Shown here: in pieces, positions 24,299 to 33,790 of the stretch | Layout: the number at the start of each line of letters is the position of its first letter | Numbering within the stretch: the stretch's first letter is position 1 | DNA from: Schmidtea nova | Lineage: Eukaryota | Assembly: GCA_044892505.1 (NCBI GenBank) | Contig: CM097884.1 | Span: forward strand, 17,298,001 to 17,362,000 | Direction: 5' to 3' | Length of the DNA stretch: 64,000 nucleotides | Notes under the pieces: generated by a model | Told to the model about the DNA's origin: nothing | Database searches by the model: none | Seen by the model: the letters and a program-made list of their open reading frames with translations, nothing else | Position numbers and translations under genes: made by a program

Positions 24299-25402
24299 TT
24301 AAACTAACGACTCATTGGGTTCGTGAAAACCTTCATCTTGAGGTTCCACTTGGTTTGTAGGGGGTGGTAACCACACTATCGTGTTTCTCCACATTGTTAC
24401 TTCATCTCGATAGAAGTGTGACAATTGAATTTCTTCGTCTAACAGGTATTCTAAATAATTTGATTGTTCTGTTAACGCTTCGATCTGTTTTTCTAATTCT
24501 GTTATTTTATTGTTTTTCTCTTCCTCTTCCATCATTTTTATTACTGCTTTGGTGATATCTGTCTCTTTTGGTGGTGTTAATTTTTGTATCAATTTTTGTT
24601 TCAACTCTTCATTTTCTTTGGTTAGATTTAATAAATTTTCCTCATAGCTTTGTTTTGCTTCTTTTAATTTTAATAAATTTTCTTCATAGCTTTGTTTTGC
24701 TTCTTCTAATCTTTCTTTAGTTTTCTTTAATTCTATCTTCTTTTGAGTGATTACTCCTTGATAACCATTAATATCGCGCTTCATATCTTCCTCTTTCTGC
24801 ATCCCTGCTCTGAGGTTTGCATCGGATTGTTGTTTACTGAAATATAATTCTCTTTCCGATCTTTCAATCTGGTGCATAAGTTGTTTAATTTTTCCTGCTT
24901 GCTCTCTGATGAATTGTTGTCTCTTTATATTCCATTTCTTGCTCGATATTTCCTGATAGGTTTTCTGTTCTAATTCCTCTTTTAATTTATCGATTTCTTC
25001 AAATAACTTCCAATCATCGCTGTACGCCGTTCTTTCGATTATTTCTCTTGCTTTCGTATAAGATTCTTTCGCTTCTTTTTTCCAATATCTTGCTTGCTCG
25101 GTAATGGAGTACATTTTCCGTTCCATTTCTGTTCGTTCTCGCTCTCTTTCTTCTCGTCGTTCTTTCATCATCTTTTTATAATATTCTTTTTGTTTCTCTA
25201 ATAATTCATATAATTCGTCTATTTTATCTTGACTTAATCGCTTTAATCTTTTGGCTTCTGTTATTTGTTCGGCTTGTCTTTCTACTTCTTTTTGTTTGTG
25301 GTAATATGCGTGGATCCAACTTTTAATTTGTTCTAAATGCTCACAAATAACTTCATCTTGATGTTCGGTTACTTCTTGTAAACTGATTTCGACGTTTCCC
25401 AT
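24299..25402 (-). CDS. 367-aa long coiled-coil protein
   Basis: Intact E/K/Q-rich heptad-like ORF with an internal 14-aa duplication (EAKQSYEENLL x2); no recognisable catalytic motif. Confidence 0.75.
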   Translation of the reverse strand: MGNVEISLQEVTEHQDEVICEHLEQIKSWIHAYYHKQKEVERQAEQITEAKRLKRLSQDKIDELYELLEKQKEYYKKMMKERREERERERTEMERKMYSITEQARYWKKEAKESYTKAREIIERTAYSDDWKLFEEIDKLKEELEQKTYQEISSKKWNIKRQQFIREQAGKIKQLMHQIERSERELYFSKQQSDANLRAGMQKEEDMKRDINGYQGVITQKKIELKKTKERLEEAKQSYEENLLKLKEAKQSYEENLLNLTKENEELKQKLIQKLTPPKETDITKAVIKMMEEEEKNNKITELEKQIEALTEQSNYLEYLLDEEIQLSHFYRDEVTMWRNTIVWLPPPTNQVEPQDEGFHEPNESLV

Positions 25403-25506
25403 TTTCTATAATTACAAATATTTTCAATCAGGCTACTTTTATTATTTTGTTTATTTATCATTTTATATTGTTTTGTACAGTTTATTTACACGATCATTTT
25501 CTCTTG

Positions 25507-26862
25507 CTACGCCAACCATCCTTTTCTATCTGCCTTCTCGTTCCTTTCCATTTCTATGTATAAGGTGTCCTCATACAATAATCCCCATATCTTGCTTTGT
25601 AATACAAAGTGTGGTTCTCCACTTGCTAATCCACATTCTTCTGTTGGTCTGTTACTCGTAACTGCTCCTTTGTCTGTCGTGAATCTCTTTTCTATGGTTT
25701 CGTTTAAACCCCTGATTTTTATCATTACTCCTACTCCTATCGGCCAATCGATTAACTCGTCATATTCTCCTTTGCAAAACGCAAAAAATATTGATATATG
25801 TTTTCCCATACTTTTCCCATCTCCGTTTGGATATACTTTCAATCTCACTTTAGCCCCGTTTTTCCATAAGTAAAATGGTGGGCTTATTACCGCAGTTTTC
25901 TTGAAGCTTCGTGCATCTTCCAATTTATTTCGAAAATCCGTTATTTTCCACACATAAGGTGCTATTGGTAAATCTTTTTTCTCATCAATTTCTTGTATTA
26001 ACTTGTTATATTGCACTTTCATTCCTTTTGCTAATTTTTTAATGGTTATTATTTTTTCTTCCATCTTTTCTCGGGTTAATTCAAACTGTTCTCTCGTTTC
26101 TAATAATAGGTTCATCATTATCTTATGAGATTCCACTTCTTTTTCCAATTTCTGAATTGTTCTGTCTGTCATTTCAATATGATTGATTGCTTCTGTTTCT
26201 AAATGTTGTTTCATATTTTGTTGAGACTTCTTTTCCTTGCATCCATATCTGTTGTAAGGACATTCTCTTGGTATTTCTGTACACTTTTTCCAATGTTCTC
26301 GTAATTTCACTTCTTCGGTAATTTCACATTTGTTTGGGCACACTCCTACATACTGTTCGCATATTCTCTCTTCTTTTATATTGATGTGCTCTTCTTCAAT
26401 TTTTCTCCTTGTTTCTCGAATTTCGCAATATTCACATGCGATTTCTTCCTCTTTGCATTCATCTCTGTGTTTATCTTTGTCTTTTAAAATTATCGTTTCT
26501 TTACACTTTTCACATTCGCTTCTCTTTTCTTCACAATTTTCTATATGATTTTCAATTTCACTGATTTGTCCTTGCCATATGCACGGTGGATTTATACATT
26601 CAATTAATATGTTCATGATTTCTCTCTGAGTTGCTCTATCTGGTCTCGTTTCGTCTAACACTATTTGTCCTTCTTTACATTCTGGACATTCTGTTATTCC
26701 TTTTAACTCTAACATTTGTACACATCTAGTGCATAATCTACATCCACAGGCGGTTTGCTTTGGTTTCCGTAATAAATTATTACAATATCCACATACAAAT
26801 CTCTTGTTCCAATTTCTGTTTGCTGCTCTCAAAATCTCGACTGCTCGTTCTTCTTTATCCAT
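25507..26862 (-). CDS. TRAF: TRAF-family protein (RING, TRAF zinc fingers, coiled coil, MATH/TRAF-C)
   Basis: RING CGYCNNLLRKPKQTACGCRLCTRC...CPEC; PDRATQREI...CxWQG; MATH YVWKITDF...SPPFY...KVRLKVYPNGDGKSMGKHISIFF...KGEYDELIDWP parallels TRAF2/3/5. Start MDKEER (26862) is favoured over 26886 because of the adjacent acceptor-like AG. Intronless. Confidence 0.92.
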   Translation of the reverse strand: MDKEERAVEILRAANRNWNKRFVCGYCNNLLRKPKQTACGCRLCTRCVQMLELKGITECPECKEGQIVLDETRPDRATQREIMNILIECINPPCIWQGQISEIENHIENCEEKRSECEKCKETIILKDKDKHRDECKEEEIACEYCEIRETRRKIEEEHINIKEERICEQYVGVCPNKCEITEEVKLREHWKKCTEIPRECPYNRYGCKEKKSQQNMKQHLETEAINHIEMTDRTIQKLEKEVESHKIMMNLLLETREQFELTREKMEEKIITIKKLAKGMKVQYNKLIQEIDEKKDLPIAPYVWKITDFRNKLEDARSFKKTAVISPPFYLWKNGAKVRLKVYPNGDGKSMGKHISIFFAFCKGEYDELIDWPIGVGVMIKIRGLNETIEKRFTTDKGAVTSNRPTEECGLASGEPHFVLQSKIWGLLYEDTLYIEMERNEKADRKGWLA

Positions 26863-26957
26863 TTCTACAATAATATATACATACATTGATTTGTTCTTTG
26901 TTTTTGATTTTTCTAGAGTTTATTTTTACATATATACAATTTTCCGCTACAATTTGA

Positions 26958-27293
26958 CTATGGTTCGCTTGTTGAATCTGGTTCCATACCATTCTCTAAT
27001 CCATTTATTACCCAATCTAGCCATTGACCTTCTGATTCATCTCTTCTTGTTAGTTGATTTATTTCCATCGTCTGTCTCAATCTCTGATTCTCTCTTGTTA
27101 GTTCTGTTATTGTTCTCTGTTGCTCTTCTATTTTATGTAACTGCTCAAAAATATTGTTGTAACAATCTGCTAATATATTCTGCTTCTCTACCAATTGATT
27201 CTGTAGTGCATTAATTGATCGAACTAACGTTTCACATTGTGATTTCCATCGCATAGTCAAAGTCATTTCGGTTGTTTCTTCTCGTACATTCAT
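26958..27293 (-). CDS. 111-aa short coiled-coil protein, unknown function
   Basis: Intact ORF with heptad pattern and ttttAG-aaa-ATG context like its neighbours. Confidence 0.6.
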   Translation of the reverse strand: MNVREETTEMTLTMRWKSQCETLVRSINALQNQLVEKQNILADCYNNIFEQLHKIEEQQRTITELTRENQRLRQTMEINQLTRRDESEGQWLDWVINGLENGMEPDSTSEP

Positions 27294-27415
27294 TTTCTAA
27301 AATACATTATTATTTTTCTCTTTTCTCTTTTTATCTACTCTATAATACTAATACCCATACTATATACGGTAATGCTTTGTAATTTACAATATTATTTACA
27401 GTCATATCCCACCCT

Positions 27416-28561
27416 CTATACTATCATCACTGCCTTTTCATCGTGTCGCTCCTCGTCTTCGATCTGCTTCCAAAATTCTTTGCCTTTGGTTCTTCTTTGG
27501 AATTCTTTCTTTACTTCTTCTGGTATCTTGATTTTACAATTCATAATCTTTATATCTGGCCATTGTCTGGTTGGTTTCTTTTTTATTATGTCCCATAGCC
27601 ATATTATTGATAGTATTATTATTACTGGTACGCATACTGCTAGTATTCCTACTCCAATTAGTTCTCTTCTTTGCTTGTTAATATTAATTTGGGTGAATTT
27701 GCTTTGGTTGATCATTGGTCCATATTGTCCTTTCAATTTGAGTTCCAATTGTTGTCGTTCTTGTTGTTTCCTTTTGACTTCCTGGATTACTTTTTCTGGT
27801 TTCCATTGTGCATAAGAATCTATTATTGTTTCCTCGTTTTCCATTTGTTTCGTTGTTTGATTGAGTTCTCCAAAAGTTAGTTTCCTGATTCTTCCTTTGA
27901 TCGTTGTATTTGTCGGTGTATAGTAATTTCCACATTTTTCTTGCTGGTTTCCAAATTTATCTGCCTTCTCTATTGCGCATATTTCGTATTGTTTGTCCAA
28001 TTGTAGGTTCTGAATTCTGATCTCCTCTTCTTTATTCATCTTTTCGCATTGTTGTGGTTGTCTTTCCTCGTATTTCTTGATCATTGTCCAACATATTTCC
28101 ACTGTTTTGTCATCTAATTTCCAAAGTATAAGTGTTGCTGAGGTTTTCCTCTCTGGTTCTGTTTGACTTTTGGTAGTGGTATGCTTCGGTTTTTGTTGAC
28201 TTTTATTCTTTCGTATTGCTTTATTGGTTTTTACTCTGTTCGGTGCTTTGTATATTCTGCATTCTAAATCTTCTTTCGTTATTTGATCATTTTCTTTTAC
28301 TAGGCATATTTCATACGTTTGATTTCTTTCTAAGCTTTTTATTTGTACTTCAGTTGTTCCTCTGATTGTTTGACATTGTGATGATTTAGGTTTGTTCGCT
28401 TCTTTCTCGTATTTTCTCCAGCATACTCCGTTTACGTTTTGTTCTATTCCCGTTATTTCTAACGTTATGGTTAATTTCTGGTTCATATTTGTCTTCCATT
28501 TCTGGTCTAAATTCTTCTTCATATATACCTCCTTTTGCTTTCCAGCATTTCTCTTTAACAT
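27416..28561 (-). CDS. 381-aa protein with two FN3-like repeats and a C-terminal TM helix
   Basis: Two internal repeats: VCWR...IKSLERNQTYEICLV...C...Y and ICWT...IQNLQLDKQYEICAI...C...Y (FN3 LxPxTxYxxCV-like pattern). TM LIGVGILAVCVPVIIILSIIWLW followed by KKK. No signal peptide; overlaps the Gag 3' end. Confidence 0.7.
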   Translation of the reverse strand: MLKRNAGKQKEVYMKKNLDQKWKTNMNQKLTITLEITGIEQNVNGVCWRKYEKEANKPKSSQCQTIRGTTEVQIKSLERNQTYEICLVKENDQITKEDLECRIYKAPNRVKTNKAIRKNKSQQKPKHTTTKSQTEPERKTSATLILWKLDDKTVEICWTMIKKYEERQPQQCEKMNKEEEIRIQNLQLDKQYEICAIEKADKFGNQQEKCGNYYTPTNTTIKGRIRKLTFGELNQTTKQMENEETIIDSYAQWKPEKVIQEVKRKQQERQQLELKLKGQYGPMINQSKFTQININKQRRELIGVGILAVCVPVIIILSIIWLWDIIKKKPTRQWPDIKIMNCKIKIPEEVKKEFQRRTKGKEFWKQIEDEERHDEKAVMIV

Positions 28562-31500
28562 CCCAGTGTTTCTCTACTGGTGTTAATCGGCGTTCGTTGA
28601 AGTTTAATTCTCCTAATATATTTTCCCATTCTGGCTGTATCTGCCATCTTCGATAAATTTCTATTATTTGTCTTAGTTTGTGCATCGCTTCTCTTTGACG
28701 TTCTTGTCTCCTTTTTTCGTCTTTTGGTGTTTCTCTTGGTGTATCATCCATTCTGATAACATGAATTGTTTGGTAATTATCCCATATACCAATTTTATAT
28801 AATCGTCTCTCATCATGATCCCCTAGTACGTGTTCATTATATTTCATGATGATATCGTCTACCAATTCGTCTTCTTTTTCCCGTTGTAATAAAGTCTCAT
28901 TGATAACATCAACTAATTCTTCTATTGTGCAATCCGCGATTACTTCAATTTCTTTTGTGTCTTCGTTTGGTAATTTCACTTTGATTTTTAAATCTCCTAT
29001 TTCTCCTCGTTTAAACATCGCTTTTCCCATTTTCGCGATCACTCTCCAAGTCTTGTATGACGAATGTCTCGTATGGCTGGTATCTCGTATATTTTCGATG
29101 CATTGTTTTAATTTCTCATATTCAGTTTTTGTTAATTCTTCTCTATTCTTGTCGATTTGTTGAATAATTTGTTCTATTAGTGAATTTAAATTTTCTCTGA
29201 GAATTCTTTCTTTCCTTTCTACTAACTGAGGTTTAATTCTCATCTCAAAACACATATTTGCTTCCTTTGCGATTTCTTGTAAATTTTCCTCTTTCTTATT
29301 GTCGCATATTGATAATGTTGTTATCTCTCCTGGCCATATGCCTGTTTCTACCAAATGCGTTGCTCGTCTTACAAGTTCATTTCCTGAATATATGAATTTG
29401 TTTTTATATGAACTTCCCAATCTGTCTTCTACCCATCGATAAATTTCGTTCGTGCATGGAGATTTGATCCAAATTCTTGGTGAACATTCGTTTATTTCTA
29501 TTAAAATTATATATTCATGGAGTGGTTCATCTAATAGTTTGACGACGTATCCTGATAATATCTCTACTTCACGACTTTGTAACCGTTCTTTATAGTTCAT
29601 TCGGAATACTGCTCTTATAAATTTTCGATATCGCTTCTTCTCAATAAATTCCTCGTTATAAATCACTTCTAACGCATTATCTAATAGTTTCTGAATTTCA
29701 TCTTCTTTAATTTGTATATTTTCTGGCGTCTTCGCTACTTCTATCTTGTTGTCTTCATTTTCTGGTTCTTTTAGCATATCTCCTGCTAAACTACTGACAT
29801 CACTGTCACTTTCTACATCTGAAAATTCTCTAGTTAAGTTTCTTAACATGTTTATATGTGTTGTCTGTTCTACTTTATCTGGTACATTTTTTGGTGGTAT
29901 CTCTTCTTTTTTGTCATTGTTTTCTGGTTCTTCTATTTGGCCTCTTCGTTTTTCTATTTCCATTGCTTTTCTCTGTTTGATTCTCTCTTCAAATATCTTC
30001 AATGCTCTACTTTTGACTTTTGTTACTGGTTTTGATTTCTCTTCATCGTTATTTTCTTCTATTTCTTGGATAACTGTGACTTTCATTTTATTCATTGGTA
30101 CTCCTAAATCTTTCCATATGTCAGTTGGTTTTAATTTTATTGCTGCTTCGTCTTCTGTCTGTAAGAATGCTTCTCGGGGTAGTTTCGTCGTTCCCGGAAT
30201 CGTCTTGTTTACTTTATTAATTAATACTCCTACTTCCTCTTTTTCATCATATTCAAATCGAAATACATGATCGTTTGGCATGACTACCAACATCCTTTCT
30301 TGTTCAATAACTTCTTCGTTTTCTTGTACTTTTTCTTTTTGGTTTTCTTCGTCTACTAAATTAGGTTTTATCTGATTTGTTTCTGGTTCAATATCTTCCT
30401 TGTTATCTCTTGTTTGATTCGCTGCTCTCATCATATTAATTCTCAATGGTTGTCGTTCTCTTTCTTGTCGTTTCTGTTCGTCTTCTCTTTGTATTCTTGC
30501 CCATTCTTGAGCATGTCGTGCTTGACTTTCTCGATTTAGTCGTTCATTTTCACTTTCTACTTTTCTCATCATATTCATTTGTTGTTGATTCGTTTGTTGA
30601 TTTCCTCTCGGTGTATTGTTTATTAACTCTGTCAATCTCTGAACTTCTTGTAGTAAATGTATTTCTTTGGTGGTACTTTTATTCTCGTTGTAACTACTCT
30701 GTTGATTTCCAAAATTCTGACGGTTTCCGTTATTCTGTCGATTATCATAATTTTGTCGATTTCCGTTGTTCGACCAATTCCTTTGCTGGTTGTTTTGTTG
30801 TTGGCAGTTTCTTGCCATATGACCTGGTTGTCCACAGTTATAACATGAATTCAGGTAACATCTACTTTCCGAATGTCCTTTTCTTCCACACTTTTTACAA
30901 TTTAAATTCGCGAAACATTCTTGTTGCCAATGTCCTAACTTTCCACAGGTTTGACATTGCTTTGTCTGTCCTTGCGTATTATAATTATTTTGGTTTCCGA
31001 AATTTTGTACTTTGTTTCCCTCATTTCTCCTTTGAGGTGGTGGTCGATTTAATTGCTGTGAGTTCGGAATATGGTTATTTATCTTTATTGCTTGTTCGTT
31101 TTGTGTCGTATCCATTGCTAGGTAAATTCTTCCTTCACTTCCGATCATATGTAATTCGAATCTGTTAGCAATTTCCAACGCTTCATCTATTGTTTTACAA
31201 CCTTGGCATCCAACTTGTGCTCTTATATCGGGTCTTCTCAATCCCCCCACAAAAATTGCTGCCATTAATTCTGGACTCATTGGACTATTTTGATTAAATG
31301 CTAATTTAGCCAATTTCTTTAATTCACTTGCATATACCGCATTTGATTCATTAACTTTTTGTTTCCTCATTGAAAATTCTGTAAACGCTTCATTTAATAC
31401 TTTATTTATTCCAAACGTTTGCTGGAAAAAATTCTTTATCTTTTCCCAACTATCGAGTTGATCATCTGAATTTTTAGCTTCTAAATATAAATCTAACGCA

Positions 31501-32033
31501 CTGTCTTTTAAATATAACTGAATTCTGCTCCTTATCGTTTCTGGTTTCCATTTACACACTTCTACAAATATACCAAATTCTTTTAAAAACGTTTCTAACT
31601 TGCTGGCATCTCCATTGAATGGTTCTCCAGTAAATTTATCTTTGATTTCTTCTTTATGTTCGTTCATTTCGATTCCGCTGTCTTGTGTCGTTTTACTCTC
31701 GTTTCCTCTTGTTTCACTAGTATGCTCGTTATTCGTTTCGTTTGAATTATTATCAATTTCTGCTTCTACTTCTTCTGTGTTTATTGACTCGTTATCTGAT
31801 GCTTCCGTATTATTATAATTATCGTAGGTTTCACTTGAACTTTCTTCTGTTTCACTTTCGTTAGTTTTTGTTAATTTATTGTTTTCGATTTTTGACTTTT
31901 CTACTATTACTCTTCTTGATTTACTTCCTTTAGGATTTGTTTTCTTTGTAACACTGGTTGCTCTTTGTTTCGATTTATTTCTCTGTGAATTATCAACTTT
32001 TTTGATTGTAGCACTAACTGCTCTTGATCTCAA
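28386..32033 (-). CDS. gag: Extended Gag polyprotein: capsid, 3 CCHC zinc knuckles, N/Q-rich and E/K-rich linkers, two ubiquitin-like domains
   Basis: Capsid: FNGDASKLETFL...YLKDSALDLY...SWEKIKNFF...RKQKVNESNAVYASEL (Ty3/Gypsy-type). CX2CX4HX4C x3 at 30804-30956. Ubl-like segments at 29307-29513 and 28752-28991. The frame is open from 32126 but has no early ATG, so the start is uncertain. Confidence 0.85.
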   Translation of the reverse strand: MRSRAVSATIKKVDNSQRNKSKQRATSVTKKTNPKGSKSRRVIVEKSKIENNKLTKTNESETEESSSETYDNYNNTEASDNESINTEEVEAEIDNNSNETNNEHTSETRGNESKTTQDSGIEMNEHKEEIKDKFTGEPFNGDASKLETFLKEFGIFVEVCKWKPETIRSRIQLYLKDSALDLYLEAKNSDDQLDSWEKIKNFFQQTFGINKVLNEAFTEFSMRKQKVNESNAVYASELKKLAKLAFNQNSPMSPELMAAIFVGGLRRPDIRAQVGCQGCKTIDEALEIANRFELHMIGSEGRIYLAMDTTQNEQAIKINNHIPNSQQLNRPPPQRRNEGNKVQNFGNQNNYNTQGQTKQCQTCGKLGHWQQECFANLNCKKCGRKGHSESRCYLNSCYNCGQPGHMARNCQQQNNQQRNWSNNGNRQNYDNRQNNGNRQNFGNQQSSYNENKSTTKEIHLLQEVQRLTELINNTPRGNQQTNQQQMNMMRKVESENERLNRESQARHAQEWARIQREDEQKRQERERQPLRINMMRAANQTRDNKEDIEPETNQIKPNLVDEENQKEKVQENEEVIEQERMLVVMPNDHVFRFEYDEKEEVGVLINKVNKTIPGTTKLPREAFLQTEDEAAIKLKPTDIWKDLGVPMNKMKVTVIQEIEENNDEEKSKPVTKVKSRALKIFEERIKQRKAMEIEKRRGQIEEPENNDKKEEIPPKNVPDKVEQTTHINMLRNLTREFSDVESDSDVSSLAGDMLKEPENEDNKIEVAKTPENIQIKEDEIQKLLDNALEVIYNEEFIEKKRYRKFIRAVFRMNYKERLQSREVEILSGYVVKLLDEPLHEYIILIEINECSPRIWIKSPCTNEIYRWVEDRLGSSYKNKFIYSGNELVRRATHLVETGIWPGEITTLSICDNKKEENLQEIAKEANMCFEMRIKPQLVERKERILRENLNSLIEQIIQQIDKNREELTKTEYEKLKQCIENIRDTSHTRHSSYKTWRVIAKMGKAMFKRGEIGDLKIKVKLPNEDTKEIEVIADCTIEELVDVINETLLQREKEDELVDDIIMKYNEHVLGDHDERRLYKIGIWDNYQTIHVIRMDDTPRETPKDEKRRQERQREAMHKLRQIIEIYRRWQIQPEWENILGELNFNERRLTPVEKHWDVKEKCWKAKGGIYEEEFRPEMEDKYEPEINHNVRNNGNRTKRKRSMLEKIRERSEQT

Positions 32034-32870
32034 TTTATTTCTTTGTGAATTATTAACTTCTTGATTTTTAACTGTTCTTGATCTCGATTTACTTCTCTTT
32101 AATTTATCAATTTTTCTGTTTCTCTGTTATCGTATTCTGATTGATTGGTTGGTTGTTTGACTTGTTCTGTTCCGTGTATCTAAATTAAAAAGTCACTTCA
32201 ACGATACATCATTGTTATCGTTGCGCTTTTATTCCTCATTATTGGGTTTCCATTGTTTCCCCATTCCCGGTTTCCCCTTTATTTAAGTCTATTTAAATTA
32301 TCTATTCACTGGTAACAATTATCTATATGGTCGTAATAATTATCTATCGTTATCAAATAAATTCATTACTTTTCCCTCAGTCTCCCAATTTAATTTGTCG
32401 CTCAAACGCTTTAATTCCCTTGAGCTCTCCTGACTCAATTATCATTTTATTACTATTCATTATATCATCATTACTCACTATTCTCACTAATCAACTCTAA
32501 TTTCTCATCATTACTCACTATTCTCACTATTTCTACCGGTTTTTTTCCGGTCAACTCTAATTTCTCTTATTCCTATTTCTACTCGTATGCATACTGAATC
32601 TCTAGTTTACTTAATCATCTTTACTCGTATTACTCAATTTCTAGTGCTCATTACTCTTAACATCGTCGACGATTACAACTTGGTTTTATTTCATCTCTGT
32701 TGCTTATTTATTCCCTTGGCTCTCTACGCCATAATTTAATTTATTCACTTGACTCTTCTCTAATTTATTCACTTATTCACTTGGCTCTTCTATGCCCTAA
32801 TTTAATTTATTCGCTTGACTCCATGGCCCTTCTCTAGGGAAAATACCTTCTTAGAGAATAATCACCTGCT

Positions 32871-33790
32871 TAGTTAGGCCTTTGACCCTTCTTTCGGGGT
32901 AATCTTAAATAATCTGACTTGTTTGCTCTTGACCTTTTTTTTACAAGGTATTTAACTAATATGGCTTGTTTGCCCTTGACTCTTCTTTCAGAGTATTTGA
33001 CTAATATGGCTCGTTGGCCCTTGACCTTTTTGTACAAGGTATTTAACTCATCTGGCTTGTTTGCCCTTGACTCTTCTTTCCGAGTATTCAACTAATATGG
33101 CTCGTTGGCCCTTGACCTTTTTGTACAAGGTATTTACTCATCTGGCTTGTTTGCCCTTGACTCTTTTTCCAGAGTATTCAACTAATATGGCTCGTTGGCC
33201 CTTGACCTTTTTGTACAAGGTATTTAACTCATCTGGCTTGTTTGCCCTTGACTCTTCTTTCAGAGTATTCAACTAATATGGCTCGTTGGCCCTTGACCCT
33301 TCTTTCAGAGTAATTAACTAATACGGCTCGTTGGCCCTTGACCCTTCTTTCAGAGTAATTAACTAATACGGCTCGTTGGCCCTTGACCCTTCTTTCAGAG
33401 TAATTAACTAATACGGCTCGTTGGCCCTTGACCCTTCTTTCAGAGTAATTAACTAATACGGCTCGTTGGCCCTTGACCCTTCTTTCAGAGTAACTAATAT
33501 GGCTTATTTGCCCTTGACCCTTCTTTCAGAGTAACTAATATGGCTTATTTGCCCTTGACCCTTCTTTCAGAGTAACTAATATGGCTTATTTGCCCTTGAC
33601 CCTTCTTTCAGAGTAACTAATATGGCTTATTTGCCCTTGACCCTTCTTTCAGAGTAACTAATATGGCTTATTTGCCCTTGACCCTTCTTTCAGAGTAACT
33701 AATATGGCTTGTTTGCCCTTGACCCTTCTTTCAGAGTAACTAATATGGCTTATTTGCCCTTGACCTTTTTATACAAGGTATTTAACTAAT
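32871..33790. repeat. Hierarchical tandem array in element leader (90-91, 45 and 41 bp units)
   Basis: All units share the core GCCCTTGAC. 90-91 bp dimers at ~33017-33198, 45-bp units x4 at 33281-33461, 41-bp units x7 at 33469-33756. Confidence 0.95.

Noticed and set aside
23659-27500. TRAF-binding motifs (PxQxT, PxExxAr) in the cytoplasmic tails of the TM cargo proteins
   Set aside because: Near-matches only (IPQNQS, IPEE, PQDE); short motifs arise by chance, so they are not used as evidence.
31674-31685. QDSG in the Gag ORF as an aspartic protease active site
   Set aside because: It lies N-terminal to the capsid in a low-complexity region, lacks the hydrophobic-hydrophobic-D-S/T-G-A context, and has no downstream flap/GRD motifs.
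24364-32064. Plus-strand ORFs inside the element (e.g. 25556-25873, 26729-27214, 27372-27815, 29746-30270, 30446-31168)
   Set aside because: F/L/S/V-rich shadow frames expected opposite an A-rich coding strand; no motifs.
32870-33276. ORFs 32870-33091 and 33061-33276
   Set aside because: Translations of the tandem array; no independent coding evidence.
32871-33790. CRISPR array
   Set aside because: Units are contiguous tandem repeats without unique spacers; no cas genes; eukaryotic context.
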